A program made the translations under genes and the position numbers. A stretch of DNA of 64,000 bases, taken from positions 409,076,001 through 409,140,000 of the forward strand of contig OZ024740.1 of the NCBI GenBank assembly GCA_964016885.1. Reading direction: 5' to 3'. Shown here piece by piece: positions 11,468 through 22,680 of the stretch; within the stretch, counting starts at the first letter, position 1, and each line of letters begins with the position of its first letter. A model generated the notes under the pieces. That model was given only the letters and a program-made list of their open reading frames with translations, was not told where the DNA came from and did not search any database. The DNA comes from Eledone cirrhosa (Eukaryota).

Positions 11468-13940
11468 ACAGCCACAGGAAACAAGTACCACCAATCTCTG
11501 GGAGGGCCCTGTAGAAACAGTAGACAGCTTCTGCTACCTAGGTGACCGAATTAGCAACGGAGGTGGGTGCTCAGAAAGTACAATAACTAGGGTAAGAACG
11601 GGATGGAAGAAGTTTAGGGAACTACTAGCACTGCTAGCTGCAAAAGGCTTCTCCCTCAGAATGAAAGGCAGACTGTATGATGCGTGTATCCAAACAGCGA
11701 TGTTGCATGGTAGTGAGACCTGGGCGCTGAAGGTGGAAGACTTACGTAGATTAGAGAGAAACGAAGCCTGCATGCTCCGATGGATGTGTAACAGTAATAT
11801 ACGTGAACGACAAAGCATAAAGGAATTGAGAGAGAGACTGAGCATAAGAGGAATCAAATGCTGCGTGCAGGAGAGGCGGTTACGCTGGTATGGACATGTG
11901 ATGCGTATGAAGGATGACAGCTGCATAAAAAGGTGCAGAGTTGATGGAAACCGCGGAGTGGGGAGACCCAAGATGACTTGGGATGAGGTGATAAAAGCCG
12001 ACCTTACCCAACTACACCTCTCAAAGTCAATGACACACGACCGTGACTTCTGGCGTCACGCAGTAATACAGGGTACCCGACCTCCCATGGGTACATGCTG
12101 AAGCATATAAACAATATGCCCCCCCCCCCCCCCCCACCGCAAGGTGGTCGTGGAGGTGCCACGGCAAAAAAGCACCCAGCCCACACTGTAAAGTGGACGT
12201 GTAGGCGCCACGAAAAAGCACCCAGCACTCACTGTAAATGAGGTTGGTGTTAGGAAGGGCATCCAGCTGTAGAAATCAAGCCAGATCAGTTCCTGTATGA
12301 GCAAGGCATGGTCAGCCGACCAGACACTGCCCACAACAGGACAACCCGTCTAACCCATGCTAGCGTGGAAGAACGGACGTAAAACGGTGATGATGATGAT
12401 GATGATGATGGATGTGTAACAGTAATATACGTGAACGACAAAGCATAAAGGAATTGAGAGAGAGACTGAGCATAAGAGGAATCAAATGCTGCGTGCAGGA
12501 GAGGCGGTTACGCTGGTATGGACATGTGATGCGTATGAAGGATGACAGCTGCATAAAAAGGTGCAGAGCACTAGAAGTTGATGGAAACCGCGGAGTGGGG
12601 AGACCCAAGATGACTTGGGATGAGGTGATAAAAGCCGACCTTACCCAACTACACCTCTCAAAGTCAATGACACACGACCGTGACTTCTGGCGTCACGCAG
12701 TAATACAGGGTACCCGACCTCCCATGGGTACATGCTGAAGCATATAAACAATATGCCCCCCCCCCCCCCCGCAAGGTGGTCGTGGAGGTGCCACGGCAAA
12801 AAAGCACCCAGCCCACACTGTAAAGTGGACGTGTAGGCGCCACGAAAAAGCACCCAGCACTCACTGTAAATGAGGTTGGTGTTAGGAAGGGCATCCAGCT
12901 GTAGAAATCAAGCCAGATCAGTTCCTGTATGAGCAAGGCATGGTCAGCCGACCAGACACTGCCCACAACAGGACAACCCGTCTAACCCATGCTAGCGTGG
13001 AAGAACGGACGTAAAACGGTGATGATGATGATGATGATGATGGATGTGTAACAGTAATATACGTGAACGACAAAGCATAAAGGAATTGAGAGAGAGACTG
13101 AGCATAAGAGGAATCAAATGCTGCGTGCAGGAGAGGCGGTTACGCTGGTATGGACATGTGATGCGTATGAAGGATGACAGCTGCATAAAAAGGTGCAGAG
13201 CACTAGAAGTTGATGGAAACCGCGGAGTGGGGAGACCCAAGATGACTTGGGATGAGGTGATAAAAGCCGACCTTACCCAACTACACCTCTCAAAGACAAT
13301 GACACACGACCGTGACTTCTGGCGTCACGCAGTAATACAGGGTACCCGACCTCCCATGGGTACATGCTGAAGCATATAAACAATATGCCCCCACTCCCCC
13401 CACCGCAAGGTGGTCGTGGAGGTGCCACGGCAAAAAAAGCACCCAGCCCACACTGTAAAGTGGACGTGTAGGCGCCACGAAAAAGCACCCAGCACTCACT
13501 GTAAATGAGGTTGGTGTTAGGAAGGGCATCCAGCTGTAGAAATCAAGCTAGATCAGTTCCTGTATGAGCAAGGCATGGTCAGCCGACCAGACACTGCCCA
13601 CAACAGGACAACCCGGCTAACCCATGCTAGCGTGGAAGAACGGACGTAAAACGGTGATGATGATGATGATGATAATATATGCCCCACACCCTCCCACTGC
13701 AAAGTGGTCTTGGAGGTGCCACGGCAAAAAAGCACCCAGCCCACACTGTAAAGTGGACGTGTAGGCACCACGGAAAAAAGCACCCAGCACTCACTGTAAA
13801 TGAGGTTGGTGTAGAAATCAAGCCAGATTCAGTTCCTGTATGAGCATGACAAGGTCAGCCGACCGGACACTGCCCACAACAGGACAACCCGTCTAACCCA
13901 TGCTAGCGTGGAAGAACTGACGTAAAACGGTGATGATGAT
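11468..13940 (+). mobile_element. 5'-truncated RTE LINE whose 3' ~632 bp is tandemly reiterated, with (GAT)n tails
   Basis: ORF fragment VETVDSFCYLGD...LHGSETW...RLRWYGHVMR. Repeat ORFs at 12412 and 13044 give period 632. Extra 3'UTR-only modules at 13675-13940. Confidence 0.95.
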
Positions 13941-13949
13941 ATATATATA

Positions 13950-14270
13950 TAAGGCAGACTGTATGGTACGTTCATACGAACAGCAATGTTACATGGTAGT
14001 GAGACCTGGACGTTGTGTGTAGAAGACTTGCGTAGATCAGAAAGAAACGAAGCTTGAATCCTCCGATGGATGTGTAATAGTAATATACGCGAATGGCGAA
14101 GCATAAACGGATTGAGAGAGAGAGACTAAGCATAAGAGGAATCAAATGCTGTGTGCATGAGAGGAGGTTGCGTTGGTATGGACATATGATGCGTATGAAG
14201 GATGACAGGTGCATAAAAAGGTGCAGAGCACTAGAAGTCAATGCAAGCCTTGGAGTGGGGAGAGCTAGAT
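13950..14270 (+). pseudogene. Older decayed RTE fragment, same family
   Basis: Matches the KGRLY...HGSETW...LRWYGH region with stops. Confidence 0.85.
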
Positions 14271-15905
14271 GATCATCAATAAGATCACGGAAAGGAAGAG
14301 AAGGGGTTTCAGTCAGATCCAGGAAACAGGGCCTGAGGATAGGAAGAGGAAATGGTTGGATCATTTTAGGACACTACTTGGAGAGCCGCCCAGAACATTG
14401 GGATCAGACGGCTGTTTGAGGAACTGGATATTGAGACAAGACCCTTCACCAGAGAGGAGCTTCTGATAACCAAGAAGAAGATCAAGGGGGGCAAGGCTCA
14501 TGGAGAAGATGGAGTGGCATCAGAGGTGATGAAGAGGTGTGATTTTGATATCATCCTGGGGTTCTGTAACCAGGCACTGGAGAAAGGAGTTGCCCCGAAT
14601 AGGAGGTGGAGGATCAGTAACATCGTCCCAGTGCCAAAGAAGGGAGATCTCTCAAACAGAAAACAACTACAGGAGGATCTCACTGACGTCACTTGTGGCA
14701 AAGACCCTCAACAGGATGATTCTTAACAGGATCCAGCCCGAAATGGAGAAGCTCAGGGACATCCAGAAGGGCTTCAGAGAGAGAAGATCAACCACCAGCC
14801 ACATCCGGATGCTGAGGAGGATATTAGGAGCCTTCCTGCTATCATGGTTTTCATTGACCTTAGGAAGGCCTTTGATTCTGTAGACCGTCACTGCTTGCTT
14901 ATGGAATCCCCAAGTAGATAGTGAACCTGATATCACTGCTCTACACCAACACCAAAGCCCAAGTCATTACACCTGATGCGATGACAGAGTTTTTTGAGAT
15001 ACTGGCTGGAGTGCTCCAGGGAGATACATTGGCTCCCTACCTTTTTATCATCGCAGTGGACTATTGTATGCGCCTTGTACTGGAGAAACACCAGGACTCT
15101 GGCTTTACTGTAACACTGGCTCAGAGCAGGAGAGTTAAGGCGAAAATGATATCGGATGCTGAATTTGCTGACAACATAGTTCTGGTGACAAACACAGTGA
15201 AGGAGGCAGAGGAGTTGATGAAAGGGTGGAGACAGTGTCGATGAATGTGGGGCTGAGAATGAATAAGATTAAGATGAAGGATCTGGTAGAGAATATTAAG
15301 AAGTCAGAAGATTTCTAATGTAGGCGGGAAGCCGCTAGAATTGGTTGAGGACTTCCTGTATCTGGGAGCAAAGATTGGAAACACAGAGGATGATGTTGAG
15401 AGAAAGAGCAAAGCCTGGGCGGTGTGCCACAGTCTAAGATCGGTGTGGAAGTCAGACCTTCGTAAAGACCTGGAGATCCGTCTCTTCATTGCTACAGTGG
15501 AGTCTGTGCTGCTGTACAGATCTGAGACTTGGACACTGACCAAGAAACTCACTCAGATGGTGGATGGGTGCTACACGAGAATGCTGAGGATGGCTCTGAA
15601 CATTAATCAGTATACACTGAGGATGTTGAACTCAGAGATGTTCGGAAGCCTCGCAAAAGTCACCCCGAAAATAACAGAGGCGACTGAGGTTAGCTGGACC
15701 TGCTCACCGACATGCAGAGTTGACACGGCACTCCTGTGGGAGCCCCTGCATGGACACACTAGAAGAGGGAGACTGAGGTTGACATATGTTAATGCCCTAA
15801 GGACAGACACCTGTCTCTTAGAGACGCAGGACATGGCAGCGATGATGAGGGACAGAGACCTCCGGAGAGAACTCATGCATGGATCTCGGGAATTTTACCC
15901 ACCCT
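14270..15905 (+). pseudogene. Decayed LINE RT of a third RTE-like family
   Basis: IVPVPKKGD, NYRRISLTS, GVLQGDTLAPYLFII, EFADNI (decayed FADD), VEDFLYLG, LLYRSETWTLT and RRGRLR, spread over frameshifted ORFs. Confidence 0.9.
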
Positions 15906-15907
15906 AT

Positions 15908-18900
15908 ATCATCATCATCATCATCATCAACGTTTAACGTCCGTGTTCCACGCTTGCATGGGTTTGGACGGGGGTAGTCCCACTTGAGGCAAGAGTGATT
16001 GTCTTGCTCGCATAGGACTGTCTGGCAGGTTTTCTACAGTTGGATGCCCTTCCTAACACCAACCACATTTACAGTGTGGGTCTGGGAGGTTTTTACCGTG
16101 TTGCCTACACGGCCACATTACAGTGTGGACTGTGTGTTTTTTTGTCGTGACACCTACACGATCTCATTTGTTTCGGCCTGGATGGCGCGGCACCAACATA
16201 ACTTTACATAGGACGGGGTGGTGTGGATGGGTGGGGGTGGTGGCGGGACGGGGTGTATTTTGTTAGAGATGCCTACTGGCAAGGCGGGTCTTCTCTGTTA
16301 CTGAGTACCGCCAAAGGTCTCGGTCCAGTGACATTGTCTTGGAGAGGTGTAAGTGTGTGAGGTCGGAGTTTATCAGCTCGTCCCAGGTTTTTCTAGGTCT
16401 GCCTATTCCGTGGCTACTGTCTATCTTTATTGCCCTGCACTTTGTTATACAGCTATCGACTTTCATGCGCATCACGTGTCCATACCAACGTAGCCTTCTC
16501 TCGAGTAAACAGCATCTGATCCCTCTTATCTCTAATTTTTTCCTTAGTTCGTTTATGCTTTGCCGTTCACGTATATTACTGTTACACATCCAGCGGAGCA
16601 TGCAAGCTTCGTTCCTCTCTAGTCTGCGTATATCCTCTGCACACAATGCCCAGGTCTCACTGCCATGCAACATTGCTGTTCGTATGCAGGCATCGTACAA
16701 CCTGCCTTTCATTTTTAGGGAGAACCCTTTAGCAGCTAATAGTGGTATAAGCTCTCTGAACTTTTTCCAACCAGTTCTGACTCTAGCTACAGTACTTTCA
16801 GAGCACCCTCCCCCACTGCTGATTTTATCGCCCAGGTAACGGAAGCTGTCCACTATTTCTATAGAACCCTCTGCGCAATTGAAAGAGCTAGTATTTTGTG
16901 GGCACTTGCTGCTACTTATTGCACCAGAACACCGGCCACATGTAAAATCTATGTTCTTAGTTAGCTTACCTGTGATCCCACTACATCTTTTATGCACCCA
17001 TACTTTGCATTTAGGACATAAAATGGAGTTTCTACCTACGCCTTTCCTACACACCGAGCACGACCATTTCCCAGAAGGGACCGCCGCCTTGTTTTCTTTC
17101 CTACAAACTAGAACTTTGGTCTTAGCCAGGTTAATTTTAAGTCCTTTTGACTCTAGGCCGTGCTTCCATGTTTGGAATTTCTTCTCTAGCTCGACCATTG
17201 ATTCCGCTATGAGTGTCAGGTCGTCTGCGTATAGGAGTTCCCATGGGCAGCCTGTCTTGAACTCCTCTGTTATAGCCTGAAGGGCAATAATAAATAGTAG
17301 GGGGCTGAGAACAGAGCCCTGATGGACGCCAACTTTTACGCTAAACTCTTCACTATATTCGTTGTTAATTCTAACCTTGCTGACTGTTTCTTTATACATG
17401 GCTTGTATAGCCCTCACAAGCCATTCGTCAACCCCTAGTTTTCTAAGAGCCCACCAGATAATGGAGCGGGGGACTCTGTCGAAGGCTTTCTCCAAGTCGA
17501 CAAAAGCTAAGTAGAGGGGTTTACCTTTAGCTAGGAACTTCTCCTGTAGTTGTCGTACTATGAAAAGAGCGTCTGTGGTACTTTTGCCTGACACAAACCC
17601 GAACTGCATTTCATCTAGGTCAATTCTCTCTCTGATTAGTTGCGCTATTACTTTTTCCGTGACCTTCATGACCTGGTCGATTAATTTAATGCCTCTATAG
17701 TTACTCCTATCTAGGGCGTCTCCTTTACCCTTATAACAGTTAACGATGATGCTGCTATGCCAGTCCTTCGGAACAACCCCATTCTGTACGACTTGGTTAA
17801 CTATGCGTGTGACCATGGTGTGTCCCACCGTGCCAGATGCCTTCAGCATCTCAGCAACTATTTCCGAAGGCCCAGCCGCCTTACCTGTCTTCATATCCTT
17901 GATTGCCTTACTTATTATACTCCCCTCGACTAACACTGCTGGTCCCTCTATTGGGTCGACATGGGGGAGACTGTCTTTCTCCCATTTATTCTCCTCATTT
18001 AGTAGCCTTTCATAGTGACACTTCCAAGCTACCTTCTTATCAGTGTCGGTGATGGCAAGTATGCCATCATCGTTAAGTACACACTTCTCCCCGACAATAT
18101 CACGGTTTTCCTTGACGCATTGCCTAGCAATCCTGAACACCTCACGTTTTTGGTCATCGCGTTGTAGGACATGCTTGAACTTACTTTCCTCAGCTTCCCT
18201 TCTTGCTAAGTACACTTCTCTCCTAGCTTCCCTCCTGGCCACTTGATAGTCTACTCTACTTCCCCCATCCCGCCATACTTTCCAAGCCTGCTTTTTGGCC
18301 TTAATTGACCCCTCCACCTTACTGTTCCACCACCATGTTACTCTCCTCCTGCCTACAGGCCTGCTCCAGCCACAGACTTCGTCTGTCGCCAACAGCAGGT
18401 TTGCTTTCAGAAATTCCCACTGTCCTTCTATATTGTCCGACTCTAAATGTTCTTCCTTACTGTCGAAAGCATCAAGTAATATGTTTTGAAATTTATTTTT
18501 GGCTGTGGGGTCCTTTAGCTTCCATATTTTTCTCCTGAGGATAGTCCTCTTCTGCTGTCGAGTACGTCTCGTCCTGACTATGAGGTCGCTAATTATCAGT
18601 CTATGTTGGGAGGTGCATTCTTCATGGGGGAGGGATTTAGTGTTTACAACAGACACTCTGTCACGTCTTCTGGTAAGGATATAATCTACCTGGCTTGTGT
18701 GTTCCCCGGATCTATAGGTGATCAGGTGATTGTCACGTTTTTTGAAGTTAGTGTTACAGATAGTTAGGTTATTTGCATCACAGAATTCCAGGATTCTGGA
18801 GCCTTCCTCATTTCTAGTACCAAACCCATAGCCTCCATGGATTTCGTCGTAGCCGTCACAATGTTGCCCAACGTGACCATTTAGGTCGCCTGCAATAATT

Positions 18901-19829
18901 ATATAGTCACTGTCAGATATTTGGGAGGTAGTGAGCATCAGTGTCTCATAGAATCTGTCTTTTATAGTGCCGGGCAGTCCGGATTGGGGTGCGTACGCAG
19001 ATATTACTGTCACCGTAGTTCTATTGAGGACAAGTCGTATTTTAATTATTCTGTCGTTCACTCTATTTACGTCTATTATCTTATCTGCCCACTTTTCTGC
19101 TACCATGATTCCTACTCCACCCAGCCCATCGTCGTTTCCCACCCAGAAAAGCTTATAACATCGTTTTTTACCCTCAATGAATCTAGCAGACCCACCCCTC
19201 CACCTGGTCTCTTGAATACAACAAACATCGACCTCCTTACGTTCAAGCATTTCTACAACCTCGTTAGCGCGACCCTTTAGGGTGCCTACATTTATGGTAC
19301 CAACTCTGAAGTTTTGGATTGCGTTTGGAGGGTGGGGGTGGTGGGGGGCGGGGGGAGATGGGGCTATGTTAGCCATCCGCGGGCGAAACAAAGAAGAGTG
19401 CTCGCATTCTCGTCCACGAGGTGAATTTGACTTTAACATTGGCATTTTCGCTCTGAGCGTCCAGATTTTTCTCTCCCTTCCACTCTCCAGGATTCCGCAG
19501 TCCGTCCATCCATCCATCCATCCATCATATATCGAAGGCAACCGTGCAAGCGATAGTATAGGCCTCTGGCTTATGATTGGTCCGCGTAATAATAATTATG
19601 GTGATGCGTGTGGGGGGGGGGTCTGGCTTATAATAATAATGGTGATGCGTCTGGGGGGGGTCTCTGGCTTATGATTGGTCCACGTATTAAGAATGGTGGT
19701 GTGTGGGGGCGGGTGGGAGGGATGTGGGGTAGCTAGCTGGAAGGTTATGAATGTTTAACAGCGAGTAACAAAAAGCAAAACTGCAAGATTTGTTCTGTTC
19801 AATACGACAAAAACACCGTATTTAAACCT

Positions 19830-19830
<1 letters not shown>
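15908..19830 (-). mobile_element. Apparently full-length RTE-clade LINE (5'UTR, single ORF, 3'UTR, (GAT)n tail)
   Basis: Open 1092-codon frame. (ATC)n at 15908-15928 is the minus-strand tail. The 5' end abuts (TA)n at ~19836-19879. Confidence 0.95.
16263..19541 (-). CDS. RTE LINE ORF: AP-like endonuclease + reverse transcriptase with internal PHD-type Zn finger
   Basis: APE motifs GTINV, CIQET, SAYAP, GDLNG, VDYIL, SQH. RT motifs YRGIKL, QFGF, FVDLEKAFD, GVHQGSVLSPLLF, YADD, FRYLG. No stops. The track start is a TTG; the true start is probably an in-frame ATG such as 19445 or 19376. Confidence 0.95.
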   Translation of the reverse strand: MPSIYDGWMDGWTDCGILESGRERKIWTLRAKMPMLKSNSPRGRECEHSSLFRPRMANIAPSPPAPHHPHPPNAIQNFRVGTINVGTLKGRANEVVEMLERKEVDVCCIQETRWRGGSARFIEGKKRCYKLFWVGNDDGLGGVGIMVAEKWADKIIDVNRVNDRIIKIRLVLNRTTVTVISAYAPQSGLPGTIKDRFYETLMLTTSQISDSDYIIIAGDLNGHVGQHCDGYDEIHGGYGFGTRNEEGSRILEFCDANNLTICNTNFKKRDNHLITYRSGEHTSQVDYILTRRRDRVSVVNTKSLPHEECTSQHRLIISDLIVRTRRTRQQKRTILRRKIWKLKDPTAKNKFQNILLDAFDSKEEHLESDNIEGQWEFLKANLLLATDEVCGWSRPVGRRRVTWWWNSKVEGSIKAKKQAWKVWRDGGSRVDYQVARREARREVYLARREAEESKFKHVLQRDDQKREVFRIARQCVKENRDIVGEKCVLNDDGILAITDTDKKVAWKCHYERLLNEENKWEKDSLPHVDPIEGPAVLVEGSIISKAIKDMKTGKAAGPSEIVAEMLKASGTVGHTMVTRIVNQVVQNGVVPKDWHSSIIVNCYKGKGDALDRSNYRGIKLIDQVMKVTEKVIAQLIRERIDLDEMQFGFVSGKSTTDALFIVRQLQEKFLAKGKPLYLAFVDLEKAFDRVPRSIIWWALRKLGVDEWLVRAIQAMYKETVSKVRINNEYSEEFSVKVGVHQGSVLSPLLFIIALQAITEEFKTGCPWELLYADDLTLIAESMVELEKKFQTWKHGLESKGLKINLAKTKVLVCRKENKAAVPSGKWSCSVCRKGVGRNSILCPKCKVWVHKRCSGITGKLTKNIDFTCGRCSGAISSSKCPQNTSSFNCAEGSIEIVDSFRYLGDKISSGGGCSESTVARVRTGWKKFRELIPLLAAKGFSLKMKGRLYDACIRTAMLHGSETWALCAEDIRRLERNEACMLRWMCNSNIRERQSINELRKKLEIRGIRCCLLERRLRWYGHVMRMKVDSCITKCRAIKIDSSHGIGRPRKTWDELINSDLTHLHLSKTMSLDRDLWRYSVTEKTRLASRHL

Positions 19831-19880
<50 letters not shown>

Positions 19881-19919
19881 GTACATCAGTGTGTGTATAT
19901 ATACCTAATTTTAAAAGAC

Positions 19920-20678
19920 GTTTGCTTAACAGTCAACACATTGACAAGGGTTTAGAAGCCTTACAGGTAGTATACACTTTTAAACTGCTTCTTTTACCCT
20001 CAAACTTGGCATTGACAAGAGTTTACCTGGCCGTAGGAGATCCTATGGGAAGCATGCACCTATAATTTCTTCTTTTGTCCTCTTACCAGGCATTGACCAA
20101 GGTTTAGCGGGTCACAGGAGATGCTATGTGATGTATACTCCCTAAAGCCATTTCTTTCGCCTTCTTACCTGGCATTATGGCGTTGACAATGGTTCAGCTA
20201 GCCGTAGGAGAACTTAAACCGTTATTTTCGCACTCTGACATGAGATTAGCTTACCATATGAGATCCTGTGGGAAGTATACAACCTAAAACTGCATCTTTC
20301 ACCTATTCTTGCATTGAAAAGGGTTTAGCTGATGGTTGGAGATCCTATGGGATGTATACACTTAAATCTTTTACCTCTGTCTTCTAAGCTTGCATTGACA
20401 GGGGTTTAGCTGGCCGTAGGAGATCCTAAAGGATGTATACGGTCTAAAACTCCTTAAAATCACCCTGTAGCCTCACTTTTATCAGGGATTAGGTGATCCT
20501 ATTGGAAGTATACAACTTAAAACTCATTCTTTTACCCTCTAATCTATAATTGACAAAGGTTCAGCTGGCCGTAGGAGATCCTATGGCACGTATATGAGAT
20601 CTTGTATGAGGTATAGGCCTTAAAAATGCTTCTATTACACTCTAACCTGGCATTGACAACAATTTAGCTGAGCGGCAT
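19920..20678. repeat. Diverged ~81-bp satellite, block 1
   Basis: Consensus-like ggcattgacaagggtttagctggccgtaggagatcctatgggaagtatacaccctaaaactgcttctttcaccctctaacct; ggcattgac at ~20008 and ~20089. Confidence 0.85.
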
Positions 20679-21038
20679 TTTGATTTCCATGTGTCTGACA
20701 CATGTGGGCATGCCTACAAAGTCAGAAAACAGCACAGTTCCCATGACTTTCGGAAACGTTTTTTCACACTCAGAGTTGCTGAAGCATGGAACAAACTACC
20801 TGCATCGGTTGTTAGCTGTCGAGACACCGCATCCTTTAAAACCTCCATGCTTCCTGAGATTTGCCAACACTACACCTGATAACCCACTCCATACACACGC
20901 ACACATCTATTTCATGACTCATACACTGTTCATTTTCCTGACATTTGTACATTATTCTATGTAGTATACATGCACCTTTGATGAGTTGTAGTGCACCTGA
21001 GCGCTGTACACAATAATTTCATTATTGTTATTATTATT
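20679..21038 (+). mobile_element. 3' end of a CR1-type LINE with (ATT)n tail
   Basis: DTCGHAYKVRKQ...RKRFFTLRVAEAWNKLPASVV...SFK is the canonical CR1 ORF2 C-terminus. 3'UTR ends caataatttc(att)n. Confidence 0.85.
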
Positions 21039-22293
21039 GTTCTTTGAGTCTCAGTCATTGATGTTAGTTAACTGGAAAGTTTGTTGAAATGAATATCAAG
21101 CCATTACCTGCAGCCTCAGATATTCAAGACGTATCGGAGGGTTCTTGCTGTTCCCAGCAAGCATGCCTTTTGAAGCGTTCCAAAAAGCGTGAAGGGGCCA
21201 ATTTTCTTTAACCATCCCTGGAAACTTTTTGAGATAGTACCTAGTGCGCCTATGACAATCGGGACCACTTTGACGTCATGGCAGTTCCAAATCCTTTTTA
21301 CCTCCCACTTTAAGTCCTGGTATCGGTTAATTTTCTCCCTCTCCTTCTCTTGCACTCTCGTGTCGAATGGGCAGGCCACATCCACAATCAGGTACAATCT
21401 TTTTTCTTTGTCCAAAACCACCAGGTCAGGTCTATTGTGTTCCAGTTTCTTGTCCGTCTGTATCCTAAAATCCCACAGCACCTTCACCTGATCGTTTTCT
21501 ATCACCGACTCTGGCTTATGCTCATACCACTTCTCAGAATGTGGTAAATTGTTTACTTTGCATAGGTGCCAGTGGATCACCCTGCCCATCACATCATGTC
21601 TCCAGCCCTTATAGTGAGTCTGGGCTAGGTCTTTACACTCGGATACAATGTGAGCTACTGTCTCCTCTCTCTCTCCACAGATCCTGCACAGTGGGTTAGC
21701 CTCCTCCTTGTAAATATGGTGTTTCAACCACTTTTTTTTTAGGGCCTGCTCTTGCGCAGCCATTAGCATTCCTTCTGTAGCCTTTTTAAGGTCTCCTCTT
21801 TTTAACCAGTTCCATGTCTGTGGATCTCTAAATTCAGTTTTCTCAAAGAAGGTACTATGAAGGGATTTTTCATGAAGGTTGCTCTTCCTCCTTGCTGTTA
21901 TTTCCTCCTTGGACATCCCCTGGTCTATTGTCCACTCCTTCAGCACAATTCTGAGCATTGGCTCCTTACTGTCGGTCACGTATTTGTGCAGGTTGTTTTT
22001 CTCCATCTGAACACAGTCCTCTATGCTGATAAGATCTCTTCCACCTTCAGATCTCTTTAAGTAGAGTCTATCAACATCACTCCTCTTGTGGAACATGTTG
22101 TAGATAGTCAATAGCTTCCTAGTCTTCCTATCCATTTCTTTTTGTTCAGCAACATTCCATTTCAGAATTCCCGCACTGGACCTAATAATAGACAGAGCTC
22201 GGGAATTTACTGCACCTATGACATTCCTACTATTTAGACGTGATTTTAATACGCTCCTTACTCTCCTAATGTACTCAGATCTTATCAATTCCT

Positions 22294-22296
<3 letters not shown>
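21039..22296 (-). mobile_element. 5'-truncated R4/Dong-clade non-LTR retrotransposon with REL endonuclease
   Basis: Open frame to stop at 21116: CCHC knuckle CRIC..EETVAHIVSEC, RHD, RPDLVVLD...IVDVACPFD...EKINRY, VVPIVIGALG. Flanked on both sides by (ATT)n. Confidence 0.92.
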
Positions 22297-22331
<35 letters not shown>

Positions 22332-22553
22332 GTTGCAAAGTGGTCGTGGAGGTGCCACGGAAAAAAAAGCACCCAGTATTCACTGTAAATGAGGTTGGTG
22401 TTAGGAAGGGCATCCAGCTGTAGAAATCAAGCCAGAATCAGTTCCCATATGAGCAAGGCATGGTCAGCCGACTGGACACTGCCCACAACAGGACAACCCG
22501 TCTAACCCATGCTAGCGAGGAAGAACGGACGTAAGACGGTGATGATGATGATG
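22332..22553 (+). mobile_element. Isolated RTE 3'UTR/tail (severely truncated copy)
   Basis: Near identical to 13690-13940, including ggttggtgttaggaagggcatccagctgtagaaa and (GAT)n. Confidence 0.85.
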
Positions 22554-22680
22554 TGTGTGAGAATGCTTTTACATACCAATGAAACTCAATATATACAATA
22601 AAGTATAACATTATTAATTTGCTGTTTATTTCGTATCAACGTCTATCAAATTCATATTTTGACAGTTGATAACCGTCGAG

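Noticed and set aside
18595-18615. APE motif SDH replaced by SQH, suggesting a dead endonuclease
   Set aside because: QH is shared by all copies here (also PQH at ~63635) and is common in RTE-clade endonucleases, so it is not evidence of inactivation.
19360-19450. HDV-like ribozyme at the RTE 5' end (minus strand has ttc-acctcgt-gga and cggatggctaa)
   Set aside because: I could not build P1, P1.1 or P2 pairings, and the segment lies within the open frame. An Infernal/RNArobo search would be needed.
16339-19674. Multiple plus-strand ORFs antisense to the RTE (likewise minus-strand ORFs within 50002-52914)
   Set aside because: Shadow ORFs of the real coding strand with no recognisable motifs.
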